A DNA stretch of 61,747 nt, counting the filler, from Hausera hauseri (taxonomy: Eukaryota): the NCBI GenBank assembly GCA_046269625.1. It is 11 parts of 11 records of this genome, joined end to end, with 100 filler letters (N's around TTAATTAATTAA, not from the genome) between each part and the next. Parts side by side here need not be neighbours in the genome. Positions count along the whole stretch, not along the records: positions 1 to 10,301 come from JBJURY010206633.1; positions 10,402 to 15,363 come from JBJURY010377479.1; 9 more parts are not named here. One strand, written 5' to 3'. The notes below the pieces were generated by a model. That model had not been told where the DNA came from. It worked only from the letters and a program-made list of their open reading frames with translations, and searched no databases. The position numbers were made by a program, and so were the translations under genes. This document shows positions 1 to 11,687 of the stretch, one piece after another. Position 1 is the stretch's first letter, and each line of letters opens with the position of its first letter.

Positions 1-318
1 GGTGCGAAATTTCGTGGCGTGTTTCTACTGGATGGTGTGCCGCGTGATTTACGACGCGGTAGCTTTATTTTCAATACACACACTTCATCGTTGCCGGGCG
101 AACATTGGATTGCTGTGTACGTCCACTATCCGACAAACGTCATCAGAGTATTCGATCCGCTCGGATTTTACTACTTGTCATCGTTAGTTTCTCAAATTAA
201 AAGACAATCACCATTGTTATATCGTGTTGAATACAATCGATTTCATTATCAACATCCACTGATCGTATTGTGTGGAAATTATTGCTTACTGTGGCTAACG
301 TTACAGACACTTGGATAA
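1..318 (+). CDS. Polinton/Maverick adenain-like cysteine protease (5' end outside window)
   Basis: Frame +1 open from base 1: GAKFRGVFLLDGVP...IFNTHTSSLPGEHWIAVY...VFDPLG...YN..HYQ....LCGNYCLLWL; His (HW), Asp (FD), Gln and Cys (CG.YC) of the adenoviral-type protease typical of Polintons. Confidence 0.88.
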   Translation, partial: GAKFRGVFLLDGVPRDLRRGSFIFNTHTSSLPGEHWIAVYVHYPTNVIRVFDPLGFYYLSSLVSQIKRQSPLLYRVEYNRFHYQHPLIVLCGNYCLLWLTLQTLG

Positions 319-689
319 ACAATGATAATTGTACTTTGTGTTCATTTTGAGAGAAATACAGTATTTTGTTACACATGCCTTATCACTTTGACGTCCCTTT
401 GCTACACACACGGCACAACTCATTATTTCGTTTTGCATACACGCATGTCTAGCGCGTAACGCACACTTGTTTTACGTCACACCTCACCATTGCACGTGTC
501 AACTCCTCGTATCCCGGCTTTGTCTTCTGCGACGCGACACGCAAATCCGACTGCACCACTAAACTCGCCGTTGTCAAGTTAACCAATGAGCATACGAGCC
601 GCTTCTGATTAATCAATCGGTGCGTGGATGGACCCCCAACCCCCTTTGGCCCAGAACGCTCTTTTTTCCCTACTATGACAGAATTTTTA

Positions 690-1067
690 CGATGCGTTTT
701 TTCGGTTTGTTTGTTCGTTCGGTTGCCATTTTCACCTGGATCCTTTGGTCTGATCGTGAGGCGGCTATAATATGAAACGCTCAACTACTGATGGGTTATG
801 AGCTCAACCCATTTCCATCGCCGTTTGACTTGTGTAAGGGGAAATTTTCCTCCTTGGAAATTTTCCCATCGATTTTTGCTCATGCTCCCATGGTCTGATT
901 GAGTTGCAACCGTGTCCATTAGATTCGCTAACATCGGTTTACCCTTTGTACACATTTTGTCAGTGCTAGCAGCACGTTTCTCGTTACGCGTGGCACATTT
1001 CCTGTTTTGCTTCTTCCTCTTCTAGCGCCTCTCCCTTACATTTCTCAAAGCCGCACCGCTATTAACT
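690..1067 (-). repeat. Probable Polinton terminal repeat region (element end)
   Basis: Non-coding, follows the protease; reverse complement begins AGTTAATAGCGGTGCGG (AG start as in Polinton termini) and aligns by eye with 55567-55940 and partly 56230-56540. Confidence 0.55.
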
Positions 1068-2453
1068 TTTGCTCAGCTCGCCACGCGCTATCGATATCAC
1101 CCGGTCCAAAGTCCATTGCTCGACCTTCTTTTCGGCCGAGGGGGTCATCCGAAATTTTAAGTGACATGTTCAGAATAGCCAATTAGGTGGGGAAAACTAG
1201 TCAACTGACCAATCAGAGAAGTGCGGTGGAGAGCTCACTTCCACCTATGTTTGCATTCAAGAGAGTATTTTATTAAAATAAAGTAAATGATCTTATCATT
1301 TTACTTTCTGAGGTAAATATCATAATTATTTGCTTTCATTCGAACTTAGTCGTCGGTTTGATTATTTATATTCTATGTAAGTGGTGATTGCACATTTGTG
1401 AAACTTGTAATCATGTAGTGTGCGGGCAATGCTTGTCAAACATATTCAGTCCATGTAATCGTACAAATACGTTGTGAACTTAATTTTATAAATAAAATGA
1501 ATATAAAAGTAACTGTTTCATCAAGAATATATGCTTAATAAGTGTTTTATGAGCAAAACTCCGATAATTATTTCATGTATAAACAATGGTCACATGCATA
1601 ATTCATTTCCTACACACTAATTTTTGCTTGATAAAATCACACTTCTTCATGAGTCTAACAAAGTCACGCATATTCAGCTGCGTAAATAAAGTATTGGCTG
1701 TGCAGCTGATGTTTGAATTTGCAGTAGGGTCAAAATGATCGAGACGGCCCATCTAGTGCTAGGATCATTCATTTTACTGACACTATAACTGTGACCAAGA
1801 AAATATATCAATTTTTACCATTAAGTACCTATAATTCAAATATGAAAATTAACAAAAATATTAGTTTCAAAATTTGTATCAAATAGAATAAGATTTGTGA
1901 TCTAATTTTATTTTTGGAAAATAATTAAAATCAATTAGTCTAATGCCAGAAAGTCTGTATATTGAAATTCTCTTATGAAGAAAAAACCCAAATGTATTTG
2001 AGATTCCTAAAGTAGATAAGTGAGTTGGATTGAATAAAGGTGCATTAAAGTGAGCTATATTCATGTTTAAAAAATAAGTGTATTTTATTTCATTGAAATA
2101 AAATGTTTGATTTGCATTATTTTGTGCATTATTATGTATAAAGAACCCATTAAGGAATCAACCAATTTTAAAATGTCACGATACATTGCGTATCATACCA
2201 ATAAACATGTTATAGTTGAAGGTGGGCCCTATACAACACCTGCTATAACAAGAGATTACACTTGAATTTAAAGTTAACTATGCAGGTAAGTTCTAACGTT
2301 CTCATTAGAATGTTTGTACCAAGTTTAAGATGTCTGAACTGTATGCAATATCCTTTGCGGATTTTTAAAAGTCTCGACTTAACTATGAATTTTACACTTG
2401 AATTTAATCCTTACTGTAACTCAAGTCCTTCTTAAGGAGCGACGGAAAAACTA

Positions 2454-3024
2454 TATAACGATTTTAGAATACAACAATATATTTTACAAACAACAAAATA
2501 CCACGACGTACAATTGTCGAATTTGGATCCAAGTAATCTTCGATAACTGCTCAAGTTTCCAAGCGTTTCCACAATCTCATTTCTCTGTTCAACTGTTCCA
2601 AGTAGTTTCCACTATACGACTTCGAATGTGTCAACCTCAAAACTGTATTTATCCAATTGCTCGCTCGAATCATTTCAAATATCAAATCAACAATGTTCGT
2701 TTTACTGTTTTCTAAACCGTCTTATATAGTCGGCTGATTGTGGGTGGAATTATCTGTGAATAATTTTTAATAATTTCTTTTCTAATTTTTCCAATTATCC
2801 GTTGTTGTGGGAGTAATGTTAAACGACTTTCCAGAAATAAAATTATTTTCGACTGTTCAAAATTGTAGGCGTAAGCCAATTAATCATTCAATATTCTTGT
2901 AAATTAATAATCATTCAATAATAATTCCTGCTCCCGATTTCTAATAGTTCAGTTTAAGTTTCGTTTTGTATTTACAATTTGTACATTTCAACTCTCTTAG
3001 ATCTTTTTTAACATTTCTCCTCCC
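2454..3024 (-). mobile_element. 3' LTR plus polypurine tract of an LTR retrotransposon
   Basis: Minus strand GGGAGGAGAAA (3014-3024) immediately followed by TGTTAAAA at 3013; TATA-like CTATATAAG near 2721; far end near 2454 is approximate (TATAACG, possibly decayed TGTAACG). Confidence 0.55.
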
Positions 3025-4130
3025 TGAACGGCACTCTCGGATGTGACCATTGCGTCAGAAGTGGTGCCGTGTCTTAAGAGGTTCAATCGTCCGAGTAAGT
3101 CCGCTTCCGAATCTGACTCATCGTGTGGAGATCGCATTTCTAATTGGTATGCTACATTAGGTCTCGGAGGAAATATCTCCACTATTTTATTTTCCTCATT
3201 GGAAAAATATCACAGTCTCGTAGATTCGGTCCGACATACCGGACAAGGCGTTTTCCCCCTTTTCAGGATCCACGTTTCCAGGCAATATCGACAATATTTA
3301 TAGGTGCAATCCTTATTGTCTAATACTACAAATCCTTGGTAGAGGTCTGCGTCAAATACGAGGCATTCTTACTTTTCGCCTCCATCTAGGTCTATAATAT
3401 CCTGGTCGACTTCAATTCGTTCGAACACAAGTCCTTGTTTGTCCTAGTATATATAGCCATATAAATGTTTTTGCTTTGAGTCTATGGAACTTTTCTTGGG
3501 GTCATCGGATACGGTCTCGATGATTTCCTGTTTATCCAGATCTGGTATTCCTGTTTTCTTGTATTGTTTCTTTAACTAAATTCGGACTTTAGTGTCCACT
3601 GGGATAGTTAGTCGTTTGGTACCGTTTTTCGATTATACCAATTTTTGTATCTTCTCGGGCATAGCCGTTTCCGCTTACGATTCTTCTTGGGATAGTGGAA
3701 ACAAAACATTGCCTCCTTTATCTTGCCTTTGCTTTAATACTCGGCCATGGCGAGTATTCTGGTATATTCTTTAATTTGGCCGAATTCCATTGTTACTATG
3801 GGGGCTGGTTCTTCTCAATTCTTCCTGAGAAAATTTACCTCGGTTTTCGGTGGTTCATAACGAAACTTTCATTCTCCGTTCATTGAGTTCTTCGTCTTTT
3901 GCCGTTTTGATTTAACCTTGGAGCTTGTTATTTCTGGAATATTGGGTACGAGACTGCTTCTAAGTTGATTTATCCCTTCGGTACGGTTATTACTAGCTTT
4001 ATTTTCTTTCTATTTATGCATTCGAAAAGGGAGAGTTTCGTTTTCTGTGCCTTTTGGTTTTCTCTGGTCCTAATTTCTGTAGATTTAACTTCTGTTTCTT
4101 TCTGGTGAATGACTTAATTATGCATGATTC
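2997..4130 (-). pseudogene. Decayed extra ORF of the LTR element containing a RING-HC (C3HC4) finger
   Basis: Manual translation 3390->3180: K*ECLVFDADLYQGFVVLDNKDCTYKYCRYCLETWILKRGKTPCPVCRTESTRL*YF; continues in frame into ORF 2997..3182 that reads through the PPT. Confidence 0.6.
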
Positions 4131-4212
4131 TGAACTGATCATAACTCTTAGGGATTTGCGGCCTTATAAAACGATTTTGCCGTTCTATTCGACCTTGACT
4201 GGTTGATGGAAT

Positions 4213-4684
4213 TTATAAACTTTATATACATGTCTTTTTCAGGACAATAATGTTGCAGAATTTGTTTAACGTTCTTTATGTAACGTTCCAATATTTCGAT
4301 CTTATTAAGATCTTCGTTAGAGTACATCGATCGGGCAGATATTTCGACACGAACTAAACAGTGTCTACTCACCTTTTTGAATCTCGCACACACAATATGT
4401 TGCACTATATGTAAATGTAGATACCCAACTACCAATACAAAGGTAATCTCACAAATGAAGACGTTTTTGACAAAATCATTTGTTTAATCAATTTCTATTG
4501 GATGCTGTTTTTGATAAAGCCTTGTACAAGCTGATGACTTTACAGTCAATATAAAATAACAATAGGATTCTTTTGGAGCAACATATTAAGTTATAAACTT
4601 TATATGCATGTCTTTTTGAGGACAATAATGTTGCAGAATTTGTTCAGCGTTCTTTATTTAACGTTCTAATATTTTGATGTTATT
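4213..4684. repeat. Diverged ~95-bp direct duplication (4213-4306 / 4591-4684), likely transposon relic
   Basis: TTATAAACTTTATAT.CATGTCTTTTT.AGGACAATAATGTTGCAGAATTTGTT.A.CGTTCTTTAT shared by both copies. Confidence 0.7.
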
Positions 4685-5007
4685 TCAATATTACTCGAAT
4701 ATCTGTATTACGTTTTTAAAATGCCGGTATTAACGAAGGCATATTTGGACACGAATACCGGTATTGAATAACCTAATCACAAGTCATTAAATTAAATAGA
4801 ATTTTAAGTAAAACATTCAAGTTACAATAATAATAAATCACAAAAATAAAAACTCCCAAAACACAAATGGGTTAGTCCGTTTCACCCTTCGCAATTTAAG
4901 TTCCAAAAAAACAAGTATTAAAAGAACCATGATAAATTTCAAAAAAAAACAACGATTATATATAAACATTTTTTATTAATGAAAATCCGTTTCAATTATG
5001 CCGACTT

Positions 5008-8000
5008 TCAATGCTTTTTGTTCATTTTGCTTTGATTTGACGAATAGGCGGAATTAGTATGATTTATTGAATAAGGAGAGTAAACTTCTGAATATCGCGA
5101 TCCTGGTGTCAGGCTTGGTGAAGTTGGAGAATAACTTGGCGAAGATGCTAAGCTGCTATGTAATGATGAAGAAGCATTAGGCGAATAATTTGGTGATACT
5201 GGAGAGTAACTTTGTGCGCTCAGTGAATAATTTGGTGTTGTTGGTGAATAGTTAGGAGAAGTTGGCGAATAATTCGGGGAAGTGGGTGAAAAATTCTGCG
5301 AAGCTGGTGAATAATTTGGTGAAGTTGGTGAATAATTCGGTGTTGTCGGTGAATAATTTGGAGAAGCTGGTGAAAAGTTCGGAGACGTTGGTGAATAATT
5401 TGGAGAGGCTGGTGAAAAGTTCGGAGACGTTGGTGAATAATTAGGAGAAGAAGGAGAATAGTTTCTTGAAGGAGAAATGGCTGGACTATATGCTGGAGAT
5501 GTTATCGAGTAATTAGGACTTGTTGGAGTATAACCTGGTGAAGTTGGTGTGTATTTCGGAGTTCTTGGTGAATATGCTGGACTAGTTGGTGAATATCCTG
5601 GGCTAGTTGGTGAGTAAGCAGGACTTGTTGGTGAATATCCCGGACTAGTCGGAGAATAAGCCGGACTTGTTGCTGTATATCCTGGACTAGTTGGTGAATA
5701 TGCAGGACTTGTTGGTGAATATCCTGGACTTGTTGGTGAATATGCAGGACTTGTTGGTGAATATCCTGGACTGGTTGGTGAATATCCTGGACTGGTTGGT
5801 GAATATCCTGGACTGGTTGGTGAATATCCTGGACTGGTTGGAGTGTGTCGTGGACTTGCTGAACTGTAGTTCGGACTTGATGGACTATAAGAAAGTGAAG
5901 TCTGCGACTGACGGAAACCAGATGGGGATAAAGGCGATAAAGCCGGACTCGATCCTGCAGAATATGGACTTAATATTGGACTTTGAGGACTGAAACTCGG
6001 AGACATGAATCCATAATCTGGAGTACGAGGACTGAAATAAGACATAGGACTATAACCGCCATAAACAGGCGTTCCTGCATCAGACACGTTACTAGGAGAA
6101 AAAGCACCTCGATAATCGTTGACAGGAGAATATGTTCCAGTAGGTGAACAACTGGACTGACCATACATTGGAGACATATAACCAGTTTGGAACATATTTT
6201 GAGCAAAACCTCCAATTATGTTGATTTGTTGAGCTTCACTGCATTTCTCAAAATCCATCAAAATATCGAAGGCACCTGTTCCTGCTTTAGCTAGCTGACC
6301 TAACATAATATTTTCCGATACTCCTCTCATTGGATCAACTTCAGCATGAGCTCCAGCGGCCTGTAATATATCGACAGTTTCCTCAAATGAACATCGAGCC
6401 AATGGACCAGTGTCTTGTTTATTGATCCCGTGTCTGTCGATAGACATCAAATGACCTTTTACTGTCATAACATCACATAGTAGAGACAGATGTCTTTTAT
6501 TCATATACGCATTATCAAATGATAGTACGTTATTCAATTCTTTCTCTATAGCATTTCGGGCTGCTTCAATTCCAAGTGTTTCGAAAATTTCAACGATGCT
6601 GTTGCACACTGTTGTTTTGGAATTAACATATCTTTCAGCCAATACTTTTTGTAAACATGATCCATCGGTTTCCAAAAATACATCATCCAAATAATTAATA
6701 TTACCTTCTTTATCGAATTCATAAACTTTTATATCTGCTGTCTCCGGTTTGTGGATATAACACTTTGAAATTTGAGGAATACCTTTCAAACTAATTTCGT
6801 CTAGAATCAAATTTTCTATTAGCTTTAAATGATCACATTCCTCCATGTTATGATTTGATTCTTCCTTTGGATCGAAATTATTGTCAGAAGGATTATAAAT
6901 TCGAATCCTCAGAACGAGGTCAGCATTGTCATCCGGATAATGACATATAATTCCGTTACTAAAGTACTCAACAATTTTTTCAGAAACACCGTCAAGAGTA
7001 ACTAGTTTATCTTCGCACTTTTTCATATCTAACTCAATTCGCAACACGTAAGAACCGATTTTTGTTGCATCAAAATCCGGTAACTCATAATATGTTCTTA
7101 CCCAGTCTCTGTCCTTTTCAATCACCGAATTTTCCGGATCGGGATCGTAATAAATTTCCGATGTCGTAGAAATCATACGCAATGTTGTGTGTTCTAACTG
7201 TGATGCAACAACTTTGGCAAATGTTTCATCTATATCACCTTCCTCTCGACTGAGATATATCGTAAGAGATGGAGTCTTTAAATTTTTTGTAACGTTCAAG
7301 ATTTCCTTCAATCGCGGAACACCAAGAGTAATGTTTTTCGCAGATACACCGGCAAAGTGGAATGTGTTCAAGGTCATTTGTGTAGCTGGTTCACCCAAAC
7401 TTTCAGCAGCCAACGCACCAACCATTTCTCCAGGATTAACAAGTGATTTGTCAAATCGGGATTTAATTTCACCGATTATCCATTCAAAAGCCTTTGAATG
7501 TAGCTTGTAGTTCACAATGACTTTTTTACAACACAGTACACTTCGTATCAAACAGCATAATAAATGGGTGGCATTCGTATTGATAATTTTGCTCATTCGA
7601 TCAGATCTACGGTCAACAATTAACTGCGAGCATAATTTTTTGACTTCATTGATTATTTCTAACGGTGAAATTTCAGTTTTTTCGAGCAGATCGATTTTGA
7701 ATAATTTCTGGGCATTTTGGATGAGGCGATAAATATTGCATGGCAGAGGCACTCTACCATTAGTAGTCGGAACGAGAACTTCTCTCATTAGTTTTTGATC
7801 TGCAACTATATGACTCCATTCTGATTCAAGCAACTCACCAATTTGTTTATTGCAATAAATTTCAGATATAGCATCTTTGCTCAAATGTTTATTCAACATA
7901 ATTTCATCTTCTATGCAAAATCTGTACTCGTTCTCTAACTGTCGTTTGTTTAATTTATAAGTCGGAAGAACTTGAAATTCGACAAAAGCTCCATCCAGTC

Positions 8001-10301
8001 CATCTTCTCCATAAAGGAACTGAATGATCTGATCCATTTGATTTCTGACTGTGCCATCATACATTACCATAATCGATTCCATAGCTTTGATCAATCGTCG
8101 TTGTATATATCCAGTTTCTGCGGTCTTTACGGCGGTATCAATGACACCTTCTCTACCACCCATTGCGTGAAAGAAAAATTCAGTCGGTGGCAATCCATCA
8201 GCATATGATCTAGTAACAAATCCTTTGGATTCTGAACCTAAGTCATCCTTATCAAAATGCGGTAATGTTCGTTTTTGAAATCCAAACGGAATACGCTTTC
8301 CTTCGACGTTCTGTTGACCAACTACAGCCATAACCTGGCAGATATTAATACTTGATCCCTTTGCCCCAGAACTGACCATAAGATTGAAATTGTTGTTCTT
8401 CGGTAACTCTTGTGACACTTTACTCCCGAGATCTTTTCGAGCATTGTTTAATAATGCATTGACCTTATATTCCACTGTTTCACGGTAGCTTTTTCCTGGT
8501 TCACTTTTAATATTTCCTGCACAAGCATCTCCAAGTGTTTCTTCCACACTTTTTGTGCATTTATTAATTCTATTTCTGATTTCCTTTTTCAACCTTAAGT
8601 CAATAGTAGCATCAGCGATGCCAATTGTGTGCCCTTCTATCAATAGCCAGTTGTTTATTACGGTCTGTACATTGTTGAAAAACATGCCAACTTCATCCGC
8701 TGAATGTTCTAAAGCCAAGACATGGATCAAAGATCCTTGACCACTTCCTAAGGTCTTTTTGCATAGCATACCGCATATCAATTCACCATCATCAATTATG
8801 ACATTCGTGTCGAATGGAGATATTCTATTAGTCTCTTCATCTACTTTATCGTCATGTGTCGAATGAAATGCCCTGCAATTAACACGGCCTGGAATTATCG
8901 CTGAAAATAATTGTTTTCCTGTCCACAATTGCTGTGGTTTATAAATGGCTGGCCTTGGCATTTTTCCATCCCACGTTGAAAGATGCATCAGCAGGTTCAT
9001 CATTTCAGATTTGGTGAGAAAAACGTCTCTACGGGTCATTTTATTGGACGCAGTTAGTGTATCCTGTACGATACTCATGACTGGCTTGTTACTTTGCGGT
9101 GTAATTATTAACTTTGTAACACGGGCAAGTTCTGATACTTCTGCTTTTGTTTCAAGAGACTGTGGAAAATGTAAATTCATTTCGTCGCCATCAAAATCTG
9201 CGTTATAAGGTGTTGTGACACTGAGGTTCAATCGAAATGTTGAGAAGGGCAAAACTTTGACTCGATGGCACATCATTGACATTTTGTGCAGAGTTGGCTG
9301 TCGATTAAATACGACAATATCATCATTGAGCATATGCCGTTCAACAATGTAGCCGTTTTGTAATCGCACATCTTTCGTATCTGCTCGCCTTTTGAGATCA
9401 ATTCGCTCGCCGTTTTCCCTGATAACAAATGATGCACCAGGATACATTGAGCCATTGTTGACGAGCTGTTGTAAAAATGCACAATTGTAAGGAGTAACTT
9501 TCTCTGGAAAAGTCAAATTTTGTGCGATACTTTTCGGCACACCGACTTGGTCAAGGTTCAAATACGGATCGGCTGTAATAACAGTTCTCGCGGTATAATC
9601 TGTTCTTTTACCCATTAGATTCGACCGTACTCTGCCATGTTTGCCCTTTAGCCTTTGTTTGATACTTTTCAACGGGCGACCCGATTTCTGTATGGCTGTT
9701 GGTAGCACAGGACTCTCATTGTCGAAGTACGTTCCAACGTGAAACTGTAGTTGATCGATTAAGTCTCGAAGCGCGACAGACGCCGCTCCGTTTTTTTCAG
9801 ACACCTTTATTGATTCATTGACCTTTACTATGTCTGTCAAAATATGAGTCAAGTCATCGTGTGCTCGACCATTCTGCATCACTACAGCAGGTCGAACTGC
9901 TAATGGTGGCACCATTAAAACAGTCAGAATCATATTCTCTGGACGAGAATATTTTGGATCAAAACCCAACAACTTACAGTCATCATTGCTTATACGGCTA
10001 AAAATATCGAAAATTTTTTCGGGTAAAAGAATTTCTTTGCCATTCTTTTTCCCATCTTCAATATTAGTTTCGATGTAATAAGTCAGTTGAGTGCGTTTAT
10101 ATTTTGGTTGAAACGCTTCACATTTCATTTGCTTGTTGTCTTTTTCATCATCAACTTCATTTTTTCCTCCTGCAAAACACCTTTTAGTTTTTTTTGCTAA
10201 TTCATATAGGCTTTCAAATCGTTTGCTGGGATTACTCCTTTTCAGAACTTCTTGTACATCTTTATTTTCCATGTTCACCAGCAATGCGGAACATTCATAG
10301 C
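5008..10301 (-). CDS. POLR2A: RNA polymerase II largest subunit, N-terminus cut by contig end, no introns in 5.3 kb
   Basis: NADFDGDEMN catalytic motif, FNRQPTLHKMSMM, bridge helix FFFHAMGGREG.IDTAVKTAETGYIQRRL, trigger loop EPATQMTLNTFHFAGV, C-terminal heptad repeats; frame open up to the gap (CYECSALLV). Confidence 0.98.
5113..5889 (-). repeat. RPB1 CTD 21-bp heptad tandem repeats (about 35 heptads)
   Basis: YSPTSPG/YSPTSPA block followed by YSPTSPN/FSPASPN block. Confidence 0.95.
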
Positions 10302-10401
10302 NNNNNNNNNNNNNNNNNNNNNNNNNNNNNNNNNNNNNNNNNNNNTTAATTAATTAANNNNNNNNNNNNNNNNNNNNNNNNNNNNNNNNNNNNNNNNNNN
10401 N
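10302..10401. other. Artificial contig-joining spacer (first of ten)
   Basis: 44 N + TTAATTAATTAA (stops in all six frames) + 44 N; same spacer at 15364-15463, 22728-22827, 28113-28212, 32314-32413, 36840-36939, 41715-41814, 47450-47549, 52119-52218, 56780-56879; a 10-N internal gap at 35427-35436. Confidence 0.99.
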
Positions 10402-11556
10402 TTTATATCAAAAATACCTTCAATATATAAAGCAACACCGGAATATTGTAACTTATATTATAATCATTCAGCTCACACTTGTTGCGAACCTACGTTCGGA
10501 GTATCCTACAGAATTCAATATGCAATCGGAACAATAGGTCAGTCATATAGAACATACTTTTCATATCCCGGCACGACTCAGTACATTTACCAACCATATT
10601 TTCTTGCCTCATTTTATATTACAATTATGAGAAATGGGCTGTGTGTTACGGCTGAAACAGAAATTTCTATATCTAAATATCAAGCCATAGAATATTGGAT
10701 TGAAAATAAAATCGATGTTATAAAATGCAAACCAGATCATAAGAAACCATATTTTTGTTGCCCCTTTCCATTTAATAAACACTATCAGATATACTACCGA
10801 ACTACAATCAATAGCTATACGTGGTCAACATGGTCAGATGGATCGGAAATAATGGAATGGACCCCACCAGTAACTACAACCATTCCGACTAAAGCAATAA
10901 CTTCTATTACAAAATTACCGATAAAGAAGCCGACCGCAGCTACAAGAATCATTAAGAAATTGGACGTAGTTGTACAGTGAACACCATATTGGCTTATTAT
11001 CACTTTATCAGACTTGAAGAATACGAATGTAAAATTTAAATGCTCCCTTCACAACAGCATGGTTAGTAAAGGCGTGTTGACTCCGGACAAATCAACATCG
11101 GCCTGTATGCTCTTAAAAGCCGACACTAATTATAAGATCGTTATAACGGAGTTTGATGAGGATAGACAAACTCTAAAAATTATTAGAAAAATAGAGAAAA
11201 CGTTACAATTACCGATAATTGTTACGAATACAGTTATAAAAACAACTGTCATGCAGACTCAAGAAGGAACTTTTAATACATATTTCTGGATGGTTATCAT
11301 CCTAGGTATCCTTTTAGCGCTAAAAATTGTATTATTACCAATAATAATCTATTGTTCTAAAGTAAGACGAAGAATGCGCAAGACCCAAGTATTAATACAA
11401 CAATTAAAATTATTAAGGGAGGATTCCCAAAATGACTCTATAAATGATTTAAGCGCGCCTGTTACGAGTAATGAGATAACCGAAAAGAATGCCAACCTTA
11501 AACGGTCAACCCTACCGTCAATGAATGCCGTATTGTGCTTTAAACATAAAAGATGA
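10402..11556 (+). pseudogene. Type I membrane protein ORF (FnIII-like modules, WSTWS motif, Thr/Pro stalk, TM helix), one in-frame TGA at 10978; in env position of an LTR element
   Basis: Frame open from contig start; ORFs 10627..10980 and 11014..11556 are in the same frame; YQIYYRTTINSYTWSTWS, LLKADTNYKIVIT, TM YFWMVIILGILLALKIVLLPIIIYC followed by KVRRRMRK. Confidence 0.6.
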
Positions 11557-11687
11557 GGCCGCAAAATTTTTAGAGACCTACTATACCCTTAAAAAGCACA
11601 ACAAAGTTGCAAAATCCTTAGCGATCAATAAGAATAATTTCTTTCTAAAAAGAATTTCCTTGTTAATATTGATTTACTTCTTTTCAG

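Noticed and set aside
5113-5889. 21-bp tandem repeats as CRISPR or satellite; + strand ORFs 5262..5444 and 5691..5993
   Set aside because: They are the RPB1 CTD heptads; no spacers; the + ORFs are antisense shadows
10346-10357. TTAATTAATTAA recurring every 4-7 kb as a biological repeat
   Set aside because: Always centred in 44+44 N: assembly linker
10402-11556. Conventional errantivirus/retroviral env
   Set aside because: No recognisable furin site plus fusion peptide or baculovirus F-like Cys pattern in the visible part; N-terminus is missing so not fully excluded
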